64,000 nucleotides of DNA from Candidatus Altiarchaeota archaeon (GCA_016931955.1 JAFGDV010000035.1:2852-66851), one strand, 5' to 3'. Shown: positions 26,983 through 37,100, counted from the first letter of the stretch. Notes: generated by a model from the letters alone, not told the origin. Program-made: numbers and translations.

Positions 26983-27885
26983 CTACCCTATCTCAAGCAT
27001 CCTGTCGAGGGCTTGTTTTGCCTTAACCCTAACATCCTCTGGAACCTCCACCATGTACTCCATCTCCCTGAGTGAATGGAGGACTTTTTTGAGGGTTATT
27101 ATCTTCATGTCCGAGCATAGTGACTCCTCTGAGGCGGCGTAGAAGCTTTTTGTTGGATTCTCTTTCCTGAGCCGGTGGAGTATTCCTGGGTCTGTGCCGA
27201 TGATAAATTCTCTGGTGTCTGTTTTCTTTACGTGTGTGCACATGCCTTCGGTTGACAGGACCTCATCGGCGAGGTCTATCACCTCCGGCATGCACTCTGG
27301 ATGTACGATGACCTCTGATCTGGGGTGAAGCCTCTTCTGTCTCAGCACGTCCCCTGGTTTGATGCCTGCATGCGTTGGACAGCATCCCTCCCAGACGATA
27401 AGTTCTCTCCCAGTTTTTCTGGATATGTAATCCGCAAGATACATGTCTGGGACGAAGATGATCTCGTCTTCCTCCAAGGATTCGACGACCTCGACTGCGT
27501 TGGATGAGGTGCAGCATATGTCTGACTCAGCTTTGACTGCTGCACTAGTATTCACGTAGCAGACAACAACTGCTTTAGGATGTTTTTTCTTCAGCTCTCT
27601 GAGCCTTTCTGCTGTTAGTGTGTCAGCCATCGGGCACCCAGCATCCAAGTCAGGCAACAGCACCTTCTTGTCTGGGGAGAGGATTGCAGCGGTCTCGGCC
27701 ATAAAGTGCACTCCGCATAATACTATGACGTCCGCATCCGTCTTCGCAGCGGTCCGGCTCAGCGCTAGAGAGTCTCCGAGGTAGTCTGCTATGTCCTGTA
27801 TCTCCGGGAGCTGGTAGTTGTGTGCCAGTATTATCGCGTTTCGTTCAGCCTTCAGTCTCCTTACCTCATCCACTATGTCAGCCAT
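26983..27885 (-). CDS. nadA: quinolinate synthase
   Basis: Start trimmed to MADIVDEVRRLKAERNAIILAHNYQ; VVCYVNTSAAVKA, cluster-ligand Cys in GCP and CCP contexts; 301 aa. Confidence 0.85.
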   Translation of the reverse strand: MADIVDEVRRLKAERNAIILAHNYQLPEIQDIADYLGDSLALSRTAAKTDADVIVLCGVHFMAETAAILSPDKKVLLPDLDAGCPMADTLTAERLRELKKKHPKAVVVCYVNTSAAVKAESDICCTSSNAVEVVESLEEDEIIFVPDMYLADYISRKTGRELIVWEGCCPTHAGIKPGDVLRQKRLHPRSEVIVHPECMPEVIDLADEVLSTEGMCTHVKKTDTREFIIGTDPGILHRLRKENPTKSFYAASEESLCSDMKIITLKKVLHSLREMEYMVEVPEDVRVKAKQALDRMLEIG

Positions 27886-27964
27886 TTTGTTTAGTATGTC
27901 ACTATTATTGAATCCTATAATTAAATGTTCTCTGCTTTTATATGCGATAAGACTAAGACTTAAT

Positions 27965-28516
27965 ATGAAACTCGTCGTCGGGTTGTCTGGGAAAATGGGG
28001 TCAGGGAAGACCGTTGTCAGCAGATATCTGCACAAGAAGTATGGGGCTGAGCAGATGCGTTTTTCTCAGATTCTTATGGATATCCTGGAAAGGCTTCATA
28101 TCCCCTCTGAGCGGGAGGCTTTGCAGAAACTGGGGCACGCCCTCCGATCCTTAGTCGGAGAAGACGTAATAGTCAACGCCTTCAGGGCGGACCTGGAAGC
28201 CGAAAAGTCCCGCATCATCGTCGTCGACGGAGTACGTTACCCTAACGAGGTCGATATGTTGCGCAGCTTTGGAAATAACGTTCTACTCTATATTGACGCC
28301 CCAGCAGAGGTCCGCTATCGCCGTTGTGTTGAAAGGAACGAAAAGGGTGAGGGGAGAGTGTCCTTCGAGAAATTCCTGGAAGCAGAGAACAGGGAAACAG
28401 AGAGATACCTCAACGAAATTGCTGAACTATCTGACTATGTTGTAGACAACACCGGTTCAGTCGAGGAACTACAGCAGAAGGTCGACAAAATATTCAGAGA
28501 AAAAATCCATCGATGA
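27965..28516 (+). CDS. P-loop nucleotide/nucleoside kinase-like protein (CoaE/dNK-like)
   Basis: Walker A GLSGKMGSGKT at the N-terminus, 183 aa, LID-like Arg-rich segment; substrate cannot be assigned. Confidence 0.5.
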   Translation: MKLVVGLSGKMGSGKTVVSRYLHKKYGAEQMRFSQILMDILERLHIPSEREALQKLGHALRSLVGEDVIVNAFRADLEAEKSRIIVVDGVRYPNEVDMLRSFGNNVLLYIDAPAEVRYRRCVERNEKGEGRVSFEKFLEAENRETERYLNEIAELSDYVVDNTGSVEELQQKVDKIFREKIHR

Positions 28517-28624
28517 TAGTTCATCAGCTGCTCAACCCTTTCTTAGAAAGAAAGCGTTGGCGGAAAGAAAAAAAAGAGTGCGATTCTACATTTAGATGAT
28601 AGTTCATCAGCAGCTACCCTTTTC
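28513..28624. repeat. two copies of an imperfect-palindrome 30-mer (GATGATAGTTCATCAGC[T/A]GCT...CCCTTTC), 82 bp apart
   Basis: 17-nt exact core GATGATAGTTCATCAGC at 28513 and 28595; the core is itself a near-palindrome (GATGA-N5-TCATC); lies between the convergent 3' ends of the kinase and prefoldin genes. Confidence 0.5.
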
Positions 28625-28666
28625 ATCCCGAGTCAGCCTGGGTTGGTGTCATCATCTGAACGTTCG

Positions 28667-29032
28667 TTAACCTGCTGTTACTCTGCCGGCTTGCAGCTCT
28701 GTCTGGATTTCAGCACTCAGTTCCTTGAGTTTCTCTGTCAGCTTTTTCTCCTGTTTTTCCAGCATCTGTACTCTAGTGGTTATCACTTCCTTGTCGTCTT
28801 TAAGCTTCTTCTCGGTTGTTTCCTTGTCTGTTTCTATGAATAACGGTCCAATAGCTTCATAGATCTTCTGTTTGTCGACTTTTTCGAGTGCCGTTATTGC
28901 GTTTTCGTTGTCTGCGTTCTGTAGGATCATCTGTTGTTTCTGCAGTACCACCGCCTGCAGTTGGTTTTGCAGTCCTTGAAACTGGTTTATCTTGTCCTGA
29001 ACCTGTTTTGGTATCTCCATCTTAGCCCTCAT
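28667..29032 (-). CDS. pfdB: prefoldin beta subunit
   Basis: Coiled-coil protein QVQDKINQFQGLQNQLQAVVLQKQ...; size and heptad pattern of archaeal GimC beta. Confidence 0.75.
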   Translation of the reverse strand: MRAKMEIPKQVQDKINQFQGLQNQLQAVVLQKQQMILQNADNENAITALEKVDKQKIYEAIGPLFIETDKETTEKKLKDDKEVITTRVQMLEKQEKKLTEKLKELSAEIQTELQAGRVTAG

Positions 29033-29327
29033 CTATCAGTTTTAAGCACATGTCTGCCCATCGGAGGTAGGTGTTCATAGAGGCTCGAAGCGCCGAGAGA
29101 TCGTCTGCTTCTATATCCAAAAGCAAAGAGTCTTCCTTGTTCTCTATTGATATCTTTGATCTACGCAGCGACTCGCTTTGTGTCTCCATCTCAAGGGCTC
29201 GGCGGCACAAATCTGCCTTCTTTGATGGTACACTTATCTCCACTCCTAGTGTGTTCATCTCGCAAGCACTGTTTTGGATATTGGAGGCCTCTTCTTGACC
29301 CATATGTTGGATCTCTTCTCTTTGCAT
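29022..29327 (-). CDS. KEOPS subunit Pcc1-like
   Basis: C-terminal ADDLSALRASMNTYLRWADMCLKLI fits the Pcc1/CTAG signature (RAS.N.YLRW); sits in the L37ae-RpoP-Pcc1-PfdB gene order. Confidence 0.55.
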   Translation of the reverse strand: MQREEIQHMGQEEASNIQNSACEMNTLGVEISVPSKKADLCRRALEMETQSESLRRSKISIENKEDSLLLDIEADDLSALRASMNTYLRWADMCLKLIDEG

Positions 29328-29404
29328 TTAGTGCACTTTAGCCTGTGTTTTATCAAGTAGTCGTATTCTACTTCAGCACCGCATTCGATGCATACGTATG
29401 TCAT
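29255..29404 (-). CDS. rpoP: DNA-directed RNA polymerase subunit P (Rpo12)
   Basis: Start trimmed to MTYVCIECGAEVEY...CTKCK (Cys4 ribbon), 49 aa; directly downstream of rpl37ae. Confidence 0.7.
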   Translation of the reverse strand: MTYVCIECGAEVEYDYLIKHRLKCTKCKEKRSNIWVKKRPPISKTVLAR

Positions 29405-29405
29405 C

Positions 29406-29627
29406 TTATCCCCTCTTTGTTGTGGTATATGCGCCACTTGTGAATTTAATGCCGCATGAACTGCATTCCCAGATGCCGAAGGCTGTCCTCTTCACTCTTT
29501 TGCCGCAGTCAGGGCATTTGTTTTCCCTCTCCAAGTCTTCGACTTTTTTGATCTCGTCCCTGAGTTTACGGCCTATCCGTGGACCATATCTCCCCAGGCT
29601 TCCAACCTTCCGCGTGTGGCTGTACAT
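29406..29627 (-). CDS. rpl37ae: 50S ribosomal protein L37Ae
   Basis: GRYGPRIGRKLRDEIKKVE...CPDCGKRVKRTAFGIWECSSCGIKFTSGAYT. Confidence 0.85.
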   Translation of the reverse strand: MYSHTRKVGSLGRYGPRIGRKLRDEIKKVEDLERENKCPDCGKRVKRTAFGIWECSSCGIKFTSGAYTTTKRG

Positions 29628-29664
29628 ATTACCTTAATTGATTTTAGGAATAAATATAGGGAGA

Positions 29665-30402
29665 TTAGCACACCTTCTTCCCTTCCTTCAGGTCCATAGC
29701 CTTCAGGAGTTCTGTGCTTCCAACAGCCGGCAGACAGATGACATAGTTCGCGCCTGCGCGCTTCATCTTGCTGCTGGATCCCTTCTCGTTCGCCCTTACG
29801 TAGATCTCTATGTCTGGATTCAACTCTTTCGCTGTGAGTATGGTGTACACTGCGTCGGGGTCTGAGTCTAATGCAATGACTATGGACTTAGCGTCCTTTA
29901 TCCCCGCAGCCTCCAGCGTCTGTGGATTGGTTGAGTCGCCGTGGACTCCGACGAATTCTTTCCTGATTATCTCGTTGAATTTTTCTTCGTCTTTGTCGAT
30001 TACCACAACCCCCTTGGTTCCAAGCCCTTCAGCGATGAGTGTTCCCACGTCACCGTAGCCGCATAATATCACATGGTTTTTCATCTTCCTTAACCTCTCT
30101 CTTATCCTCCTAAAGCGTAGGATGTCAAGTAGACTCACTTCAACGAGACTGCTTACAAGAGCGCTTACCAAGTAGAATAGGAGTATCAGTCCCGTGAGGA
30201 TGAGGAATATGGTGAATATCTTTGACTCTGGGGTTGAAGGCTTTATGTCGCCGTAGCCGACACTGCTCACGGTTACGATGGTGAAGTATAGGGCGTCAAC
30301 AAGGTTTAGACCCTCCAACTGCGTGTAGCCTATCGTCCCTACGACCACGACCAAGAAGATCAAGATTACTGCGTAGAAGAGATTCTTTGTTTTGGTCCTC
30401 AT
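29665..30402 (-). CDS. 2-TM potassium channel with C-terminal RCK/TrkA-N domain (MthK-like)
   Basis: Selectivity filter TVSSVGYGD between two TM helices; Rossmann-like ILCGYGDVG RCK domain. Confidence 0.8.
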   Translation of the reverse strand: MRTKTKNLFYAVILIFLVVVVGTIGYTQLEGLNLVDALYFTIVTVSSVGYGDIKPSTPESKIFTIFLILTGLILLFYLVSALVSSLVEVSLLDILRFRRIRERLRKMKNHVILCGYGDVGTLIAEGLGTKGVVVIDKDEEKFNEIIRKEFVGVHGDSTNPQTLEAAGIKDAKSIVIALDSDPDAVYTILTAKELNPDIEIYVRANEKGSSSKMKRAGANYVICLPAVGSTELLKAMDLKEGKKVC

Positions 30403-30407
30403 CTTTC

Positions 30408-31718
30408 TTATGGTGTTAGCCGGTGCCTGTCTCTTGGAAACAACACGACCTCCCTTATCGGTAGATCAAGGAGCTGCATCATGACCCTGTCCAGGCCCAA
30501 GCCGAAGCCCCCATGTGGGGGCATGCCGTATTTGAACGCCTGCAGGTAGAACCCGAAGTTTTCAGGGTTCAGACCAGCGTGTTTTATCCTATCCTCCAAT
30601 AGCTTGGGGTCGTGGATCCTCTGGCTGCCGGAGGCTACTTCAACCCCTTTGTATCCGAGGTCGAATGATCTTGAATATTTTCTGTCCTCACACGGCATGG
30701 TATAGAAGGGCTTGCTCTCCAGTGGAAAATGGGTTATGAAGTAGAGTTGCTTACCATACTCTCTTTCCATCACCTCCCCCAGCAGCTTCTCCGATTCTGT
30801 GTCGAGGTCTTCGCCCCAGGGGATGTTTTTCCCGTTTTCTTTCAAGAGCTTGAGTGCTTTGTCGTATGTTATCCCCTCAATCTTTCCCGGAACATTGATC
30901 TTTTTCCCAAGCCTCTCCAACTCGGCATCTGATTCCGAAGCCTTTTTTACCATAGACATCACTAGGCCTTCAAGGAGTTCCATGACGTCTTCTTCATCTT
31001 CTATAAAGGCCATCTCGCAGTCGAATGCTGTCACCTCGTTTAGGTGCCTCCGTGTGTCGTGTTCTTCCGCCCTGAAATAGGTGGTCAGCTCGCAGACCCT
31101 GTCTAGTCCAGTGGACATCATCATCTGTTTGTAGAGCTGCGGTGACTGAGCCAGAAAGGCTTCCCGGTCGAAATATGATATGGGGAAGAGCTCAGTACCC
31201 CCCTCTGATGCACTGGCTATGATCTTTGGTGTGTTTATCTCTACAAAGCCTTTTTCTCTCAGAAAACCCCGGCCGGCGTTCACGACCTCTCCCCTTAGAG
31301 TGAATATGGCCGCGACTTCGGGTTTCCTCAGATCCATGAACCGGTTGTTCAGCCGAGTATCCATGTCTGCGTCGACCTTCTGGGTGACGTCCAATGGTAG
31401 GGGTGAATCAGCCTTGCTTATCAGTTCTATACTATCCGGCTTCAATTCCACCCCTCGAGGGGCTTTCTCGTTTTTCACGATAAGGCCTTCAACCTTTATC
31501 ACTGATTCCTTGCTCAATTGGTCTATTGCGGAAAGAACCTCTTCGCATGTGTCTCCCTTTTTAGCAGTTACCTGGATGAAGCCCTCCCTGTCTCTGAGGA
31601 CCAGAAACTTCAGCTTACCCATGTCCCTTATCTCATGGACCCAGCCAGCAAGAACTACTTTTTTCCCATCCAGTCTGCCTGTTATATCCCCCGAGTAGTG
31701 AGAACGCATTTTAATCAC
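30408..31718 (-). CDS. aspS: aspartyl-tRNA synthetase (archaeal type)
   Basis: OB-fold N-terminus, class II motifs FRAEEHDTRRHLNEVT, QSPQLYKQ, GGFGLGLDRV. Confidence 0.9.
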   Translation of the reverse strand: MIKMRSHYSGDITGRLDGKKVVLAGWVHEIRDMGKLKFLVLRDREGFIQVTAKKGDTCEEVLSAIDQLSKESVIKVEGLIVKNEKAPRGVELKPDSIELISKADSPLPLDVTQKVDADMDTRLNNRFMDLRKPEVAAIFTLRGEVVNAGRGFLREKGFVEINTPKIIASASEGGTELFPISYFDREAFLAQSPQLYKQMMMSTGLDRVCELTTYFRAEEHDTRRHLNEVTAFDCEMAFIEDEEDVMELLEGLVMSMVKKASESDAELERLGKKINVPGKIEGITYDKALKLLKENGKNIPWGEDLDTESEKLLGEVMEREYGKQLYFITHFPLESKPFYTMPCEDRKYSRSFDLGYKGVEVASGSQRIHDPKLLEDRIKHAGLNPENFGFYLQAFKYGMPPHGGFGLGLDRVMMQLLDLPIREVVLFPRDRHRLTP

Positions 31719-32203
31719 TCAAAGGAGATCTCTACTTTGTCGTTGGTGAGTGATGCTATCAGTTTCTCTATCTCTTTGAGGCTCATCCGAAGTTTTTTCT
31801 TGTCTTTCTTGTTTATCCTCACGCGTTGGAGGGTTGTGCCGTCTGGTTTGTATACTGTGTTTATTGAGAGGATCCTTGCAGGGGCGACGAAGTCGTATAT
31901 TGTCTCCTCTAAGTCGCCTGTGCTTATCACTCTCACCTGCTTTCCAAGGTCCTTTGACAGCTTCCTTATGTTATCCCCGCTTTTGCCGATGATCTTTCCG
32001 ATGTTGTCCTTCTTTGTCAGGATTATTATGAACTTTTTCGTGTCTATTGCGCGATCGAATCCTATCTCGCTCTTACCGAGGTTGTAGAGTATCTTAGACA
32101 GTTCCACATCCAGCTCTGATATCTTTCCCTCCTTAAGCCTTTCCTCGCATACGTTGCATAGTACCCCCGTTTTCGCGCAGATTGCACATATTGGCAGAGT
32201 CAT
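31715..32203 (-). CDS. KH-domain RNA-binding protein with N-terminal Cys4 zinc ribbon (NusA-like)
   Basis: CAICA...CNVCE ribbon; KH GxxG loop IGKIIGKSGDNIRKL; start overlaps aspS stop. Confidence 0.5.
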   Translation of the reverse strand: MTLPICAICAKTGVLCNVCEERLKEGKISELDVELSKILYNLGKSEIGFDRAIDTKKFIIILTKKDNIGKIIGKSGDNIRKLSKDLGKQVRVISTGDLEETIYDFVAPARILSINTVYKPDGTTLQRVRINKKDKKKLRMSLKEIEKLIASLTNDKVEISFE

Positions 32204-32262
32204 TTCTATCCCTATCTAAGAGAACTAATAATTTTACGTATTAAAATGAAATAAGTAAAAGA

Positions 32263-32550
32263 TTAAGCCTTAGAAAGAGTTATCTCGATCGCGGAAACCT
32301 TCACGAGACCTTCTTCTCCTTCGATTTCTTCTGTGCTAATCTTTATGTCCTTCGTGTTCAGATTCTGAACAAATCGCTGTCGTACAACCTCTGCCGCGTC
32401 CACAGCCCTACTGATTGCCTTACCGCGTGCTTTTATTATCACTTCCTCTTCGCCGTTGTTGAATTGCGTAACAACCGCTAGGACGTAACTCATTACACCC
32501 TTCTTGCCTATAAAGACAACGTTGTCGTCTCTTCCCACCATCTGTACCAC
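32263..32550 (-). CDS. albA: DNA/RNA-binding protein Alba
   Basis: [23 protein letters not shown]...[22 protein letters not shown] matches Alba throughout. Confidence 0.85.
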   Translation of the reverse strand: MVQMVGRDDNVVFIGKKGVMSYVLAVVTQFNNGEEEVIIKARGKAISRAVDAAEVVRQRFVQNLNTKDIKISTEEIEGEEGLVKVSAIEITLSKA

Positions 32551-32551
32551 C

Positions 32552-32737
32552 TCACTCGGTTATCTTTATTATGCCTACTGGACAGGTACTCTCGCAAGCC
32601 CTGCAGAGGACGCATGTGTCTGTGTTTCCAACGATCTTTGCTTTTCCGTCGACTATCTTGAATAACGAAACAGGGCAGGCATTTACGCACGCCCCACACC
32701 CGATACACCCCTCAATCTCGACCTCTATCTTTACCAT
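32552..32737 (-). CDS. 2x[4Fe-4S] ferredoxin
   Basis: [12 protein letters not shown] and [12 protein letters not shown] motifs, 61 aa; 1 nt upstream of alba. Confidence 0.8.
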   Translation of the reverse strand: MVKIEVEIEGCIGCGACVNACPVSLFKIVDGKAKIVGNTDTCVLCRACESTCPVGIIKITE

Positions 32738-32783
32738 GTTTTATCTCCTCCAGTATATCGAGGTACGTTCATAGATTTATGTT

Positions 32784-33392
32784 TCAGTATTTAAATAAGC
32801 GGGGCTTTACGTCCTCTCTTGTCCTTATCTCATCCCCTACCAGCGGAACAAAGAGGTGGTATTTGCTTTCTCCCTTCAGTTCCTTGATTATCTTCTCCGC
32901 TATGACCTTTGCTGGTTCTGGTATGTTCTTCACCCTGTCGTGCATGTCCTTGAAGTCCTTGAAGGGTTCCCTCTGTCTTTCGTTGAGTATATCGTCTCTG
33001 TGTCTTTTGCCTATCCTGGGAAGTATCTCCAGTTTGTGCAGCCTCGTGCTTAGTGTGCCCGCTGTGTTATAGAACTCTACAAACCTTTCCTCCTGGTCTT
33101 TTACGATATCCACAAGTATGATAGCCAGCTCAGTCTTCGCAGTCGGGGTGAGCCAGTCATACTTTATCCTCCTCTCTATGTGGTCTACCTTGTCTCTGGC
33201 CTCTTCTCCGATATACGCTCTTTCACCTGATTCAAGCGTGACATTATCTCGTGGGGATATTTCAAGTAGTGAAAAGAATTTCTCGCCTATTGCTTGGGCG
33301 ATTGGTTTCCTCTTATGAGGGGGGACCTCTGATTTACCCCTTGGTAAGAAGTCAAGTATCCTAACGTAATCGTCTTTCTTCATAGAGTCCAC
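32784..33392 (-). CDS. conserved archaeal protein of the DUF655 type (L21e-RpoF-linked)
   Basis: 202 aa; position after rpoF mirrors the L21e-RpoF-DUF655 gene order I recall from archaeal genomes; no catalytic motif. Confidence 0.55.
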   Translation of the reverse strand: MDSMKKDDYVRILDFLPRGKSEVPPHKRKPIAQAIGEKFFSLLEISPRDNVTLESGERAYIGEEARDKVDHIERRIKYDWLTPTAKTELAIILVDIVKDQEERFVEFYNTAGTLSTRLHKLEILPRIGKRHRDDILNERQREPFKDFKDMHDRVKNIPEPAKVIAEKIIKELKGESKYHLFVPLVGDEIRTREDVKPRLFKY

Positions 33393-33404
33393 CCCCTTTA
33401 ATAG

Positions 33405-33749
33405 TCAACGGTATTGGGCTATTAGACCAAGTATCTTATCAATATCCTCTTTACCGTACCTGAATCTGTCTTTCGCAAATATTGCGCGAACATCATCCAC
33501 TTCCTCAGGCAATAGGTCACAGATTTTCACGATCTGTTCGTCTGTGAGGTTCAGACCTAGTTCAACCAACCTTTTCTTTAACCCTTCAACATCCTTTAGG
33601 CCGAGTTTAGCATACCTTCTCGAATGCTCTAGTGCACGTTTTTGTTCGTAGAGCAGTTCTTTTTTATCCTTCACGTACTTTTTTTCTTTTTCTTCCAGGA
33701 TCTCCTTGACCTCTGCAAGTGTAACATTCTTTTCCTCTATGATCTTCAT
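33405..33749 (-). CDS. rpoF: DNA-directed RNA polymerase subunit F (Rpo4)
   Basis: 114-aa helical protein, LAEVKEILEE... N-terminus, HRDC-like C-terminus, downstream of rpl21e. Confidence 0.7.
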   Translation of the reverse strand: MKIIEEKNVTLAEVKEILEEKEKKYVKDKKELLYEQKRALEHSRRYAKLGLKDVEGLKKRLVELGLNLTDEQIVKICDLLPEEVDDVRAIFAKDRFRYGKEDIDKILGLIAQYR

Positions 33750-33830
33750 TCTGTTCCTCTCTATCTGTTAAAGCGTGATGTTAGGTTAAATATTGGTTTT
33801 TGCCTTTAAATCAGAATTTTATAGTAGAAT

Positions 33831-34118
33831 TCAGGATCTAAGGGCGTTCAAATGCTCTGGTGCTACGATGACGTCCTTCTTCTTGTCGCCGTCCTTGATC
33901 TCGATGTAGTAGCATCTGCCTTGTCTGCCTACGACCTTCCCGCTTATGCCGTTGAATTTTGGGTAGGGTATGGCCTGATAGCTTGGATCTATTGATATGG
34001 AAACAACGTCTCCTTCCTTGAACTTCTGCAGGTACTTGCTTATCTTCGTCTTCCCCCTATCTCTTGGAGCTACCCTTTGGTTCCTGGTTCTTCGCCTGTA
34101 ACCTTGTGAGCCTTTCAT
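33831..34118 (-). CDS. rpl21e: 50S ribosomal protein L21e
   Basis: MKGSQGYRRRTRNQ...FKEGDVVSISIDPSYQ...GKVVGRQGRCYYIEI. Confidence 0.85.
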   Translation of the reverse strand: MKGSQGYRRRTRNQRVAPRDRGKTKISKYLQKFKEGDVVSISIDPSYQAIPYPKFNGISGKVVGRQGRCYYIEIKDGDKKKDVIVAPEHLNALRS

Positions 34119-34151
34119 TTTTAAATATATGGTATTTCATCTAAAAAAACT

Positions 34152-37100
34152 CTATCTTTTTATGTGGATAGTAACGTCGTTGTCTTCTATCTCCCAGCTC
34201 TTGCTGAAGCCTTCCGCCGTGCCTAAGCGGATCCTGCTCCTCGTCTCCTGTTCGATGGTTTTTTTGTTTTCTGTGATATGCCCCGAAAACTCCTTGCTGC
34301 ATTCTATCGCAACTTCGATGTTCTCCATCTCCTCCAGGTTCAGCTCCTTCCTCATCTCCTGGACCCTCCTGATGACTTCCCGTGCCATAGCCTCGGAGAT
34401 CAACCGCTTGTCCAGTTTCGAGTCTATGTAAACCATCCCCCCTAAAAATTCCTCTGCTATGACGTCTTCTGGAAGGGAGCTCTTAAATAGTAGGTCCTCT
34501 CCGGTTAAAACGAAATCACCGACTTTGTATTCTCCATGCTTTTCTAGCGCATCCTTCACCTTAGAGGCGTCCTTTTTTTCCAGCAAAGCTTCGATCTTCC
34601 TTATGTCGCCTTTGACCTTTGGCCCCAGCACTGAGTAGTTGACCTTCATGGTTACTTCCATCTCCAGCTCCTCCTCTTTGAGTTCTTTGGCGTTGCACGC
34701 CTTAAGGATGAGGCTACTGACTCTACCCAGATGTATTCCCTCCTTTGGTGCCACAATGACCCTTGGAATCGGCCACCTGAGTTTTATCTTCGCCTTCTGT
34801 CTTGCGGCGGCGACGCAATCCGTTATCTGCTGAGCCATGAGCATCTCTGATTCCAGTTCCTTGTCGATGAGTTTTTCCTCTACCTTGGGCCAATCCAGGA
34901 GGTGGACGCTCCTCTTGTCTGTAAGCTCCCTGTACAGGAATTCCGAGAAATGCGGGGCTACGGGGGCCATGACCAATGTGAGGTCGTTAAGTACCCTATG
35001 TAAGGTGTGGTGTACTGCATTCTTCCGTGGGTCGTCTTTCTCTATCCATACACGATCCCTTACCAGCTTTATGTACCATCGGCTCATATCCAGCGAGAAG
35101 TCGTGGATCAGCCTGCACACGTCGTTGAGCCTCAGCTGCTCCATGGATTCAGTTACCTCTTTTAGGACTGAGTTAAACCTTGAAAGCAGCCACTTATCCT
35201 CACTTTCAAGCACTATCCTGTACTCCTTATCCGGGTTAAAGCCATCCAACTCCATATAGGTTTTCGCGAAGGAGTGTGAATTCCATAGAATGCTGAAGAA
35301 CCTGTTTATCGTTTCCACTCCATCCCAGTTGAATCTTAGATCCTCCCACAATACTGCAGCCCACAGCATATAAAACCTTAAGACGTCTGCTCCATACTTG
35401 CTTATCACATCATCTGGGTCGACTACATTCCCTAGAGACTTGGACATCTTCCTGCCTTCGGAGTCGAGCGTGAACCCATGATAGAGGACCTTCTTGTAGG
35501 GTATGCTGTCGAATGCTATGACGCCTGACACTAGGAGAGAGTAGAACCAGCCCCTCGTCTGATCTGATCCTTCGGTGATGAAGTCTGCTGGAAATAATTC
35601 CTCGAACAGGTCCTTCCTTGAGGGATAGTGCAGGTTAGCCCATGACGCCGATCCGGAATCCAGCCAAACGTCCATGACGTCTTTAACCCTTACCATCTCC
35701 TTCCCGCACTCGCACTTTAGTTTGACCTTGTCTATGGAGGGCCTGTGCAGGTCTAATGTTTCCTTGTCGATTTCCTTGGTTGATCTCTTTGAGAGTTCGT
35801 CCACTGACCCGATGACCTCTATCCTGCCGCATTGGCAGCGCCATACAGGCAGCGGTGTGTTCCAGTACCTCTGGCGTGATATGCACCAGTCTCGGGCATT
35901 CGTCAACCAGTTCTCGAAACGTCCTGAGCCGATCCATTCCGGGATCCACTCGATTTCCTTGTTTTTATCCAGCAGCTTTTCTTTTATCTTCGAGACTGCG
36001 AGGAACCACTGAATCGTGCTCCTCATTATCAGTGGAGTCTTGCATCTCCAGCAGTGTGGGTAGGAGTGGGTTATCTTCTCCTCTCTGAGGAGTCTTCCCC
36101 TACTCTGTAAATCCTTGATTATGATCTGGTTGCCGTCTCTGATATACACTCCCCTATATGGCTCCACAGTGAACCGTCCGCCGTCGTCTACTGGGGAGAG
36201 CAGTGTGAGTCCAGCCCGTGCGCCGATTTCGAAGTCTTCCTCCCCGTGTCCCGGAGCCATGTGCACGCAGCCTGTTCCTTCCTCCAGGTTGACGTGTTCT
36301 GAGGACGTGACAATCTTTCTCTTAACGCCCTGCTGCAGTGGGATCTCCAGTATTGGCTCATATTCTAGGCCTTCAAGATCCGATCCCTTGAATTCCTCAA
36401 GGATCCAGTGTTTTTTCTTTAACATGTGCAGGCGTTCCTTTGCGAGTATCAGGACTTCCTCATCTACCATCACGCGAACGTAGTCGAAGTCCGGGTGCAC
36501 CGCTATTCCGGTGTTGGCAGGCAGGGTCCAGGGCGTCGTCGTCCAGATCAGCACGTATTCGTCTTTGTCTTTTAGTTTCGCTTTAACGTATATTGAGTTG
36601 TCCGTAACATCCCTGTACTCATCCCTCACCTCGTATCCTGACATTGCTGTCTCACATCTAGGACACCAGTGTATTACCTGCTCTGCCTCGTATAGGAGGC
36701 CTTTCTCGTGGGCCTTCTTTATCCCGTACCAGACCCCCTCCATGTATTCCCTGTCCAGGGTGAGGTAGGGGTCTTCCCAGTCCAACCAGGCTCCTAACCT
36801 CCTCAGCTGCTCTGTCATCTTGTTCATGTTCTGGAGCGCGAACTTCTTGCATTCCCTGACGAAGTTTTCTATCCCGTATTCTTCTATCTCCTTCTTGCTT
36901 CTGCTCCCCAGCACGGTTTCCTCCACCTTCACCTCTATCGGCAGTCCGTGGGTGTCCCATCCCGCCCTCCTGAGTATGTCGTAGCCTTGCATTGTCTTGA
37001 ATCTAAGGTAGGTGTCCTTTATGGCGTGATTCCATGCATGCCCTATGTGGGCCTTCCCTGAGGTGAACGGCGGCCCCTGCAGGAAATAGAACCTCTTGTT

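Noticed and set aside
27886-28035. 50-residue N-terminal extension of nadA (MCRYLLTTVFPDP...)
   Set aside because: It is not conserved in quinolinate synthases. The canonical NadA N-terminus starts at MADIVDEVRRLK.
28513-28624. Possible mini-CRISPR, suggested by the 30-bp direct repeats with an 82-bp period
   Set aside because: Only two copies with mismatches, the repeat is an imperfect palindrome overlapping a stop codon, and there are no cas genes in the window.
34639-36960. Multiple 64-140-aa ORFs on both strands inside ileS
   Set aside because: They are Ser-rich, low-complexity and embedded in an unambiguous 1015-aa IleRS reading frame. They are frame-shadow ORFs.
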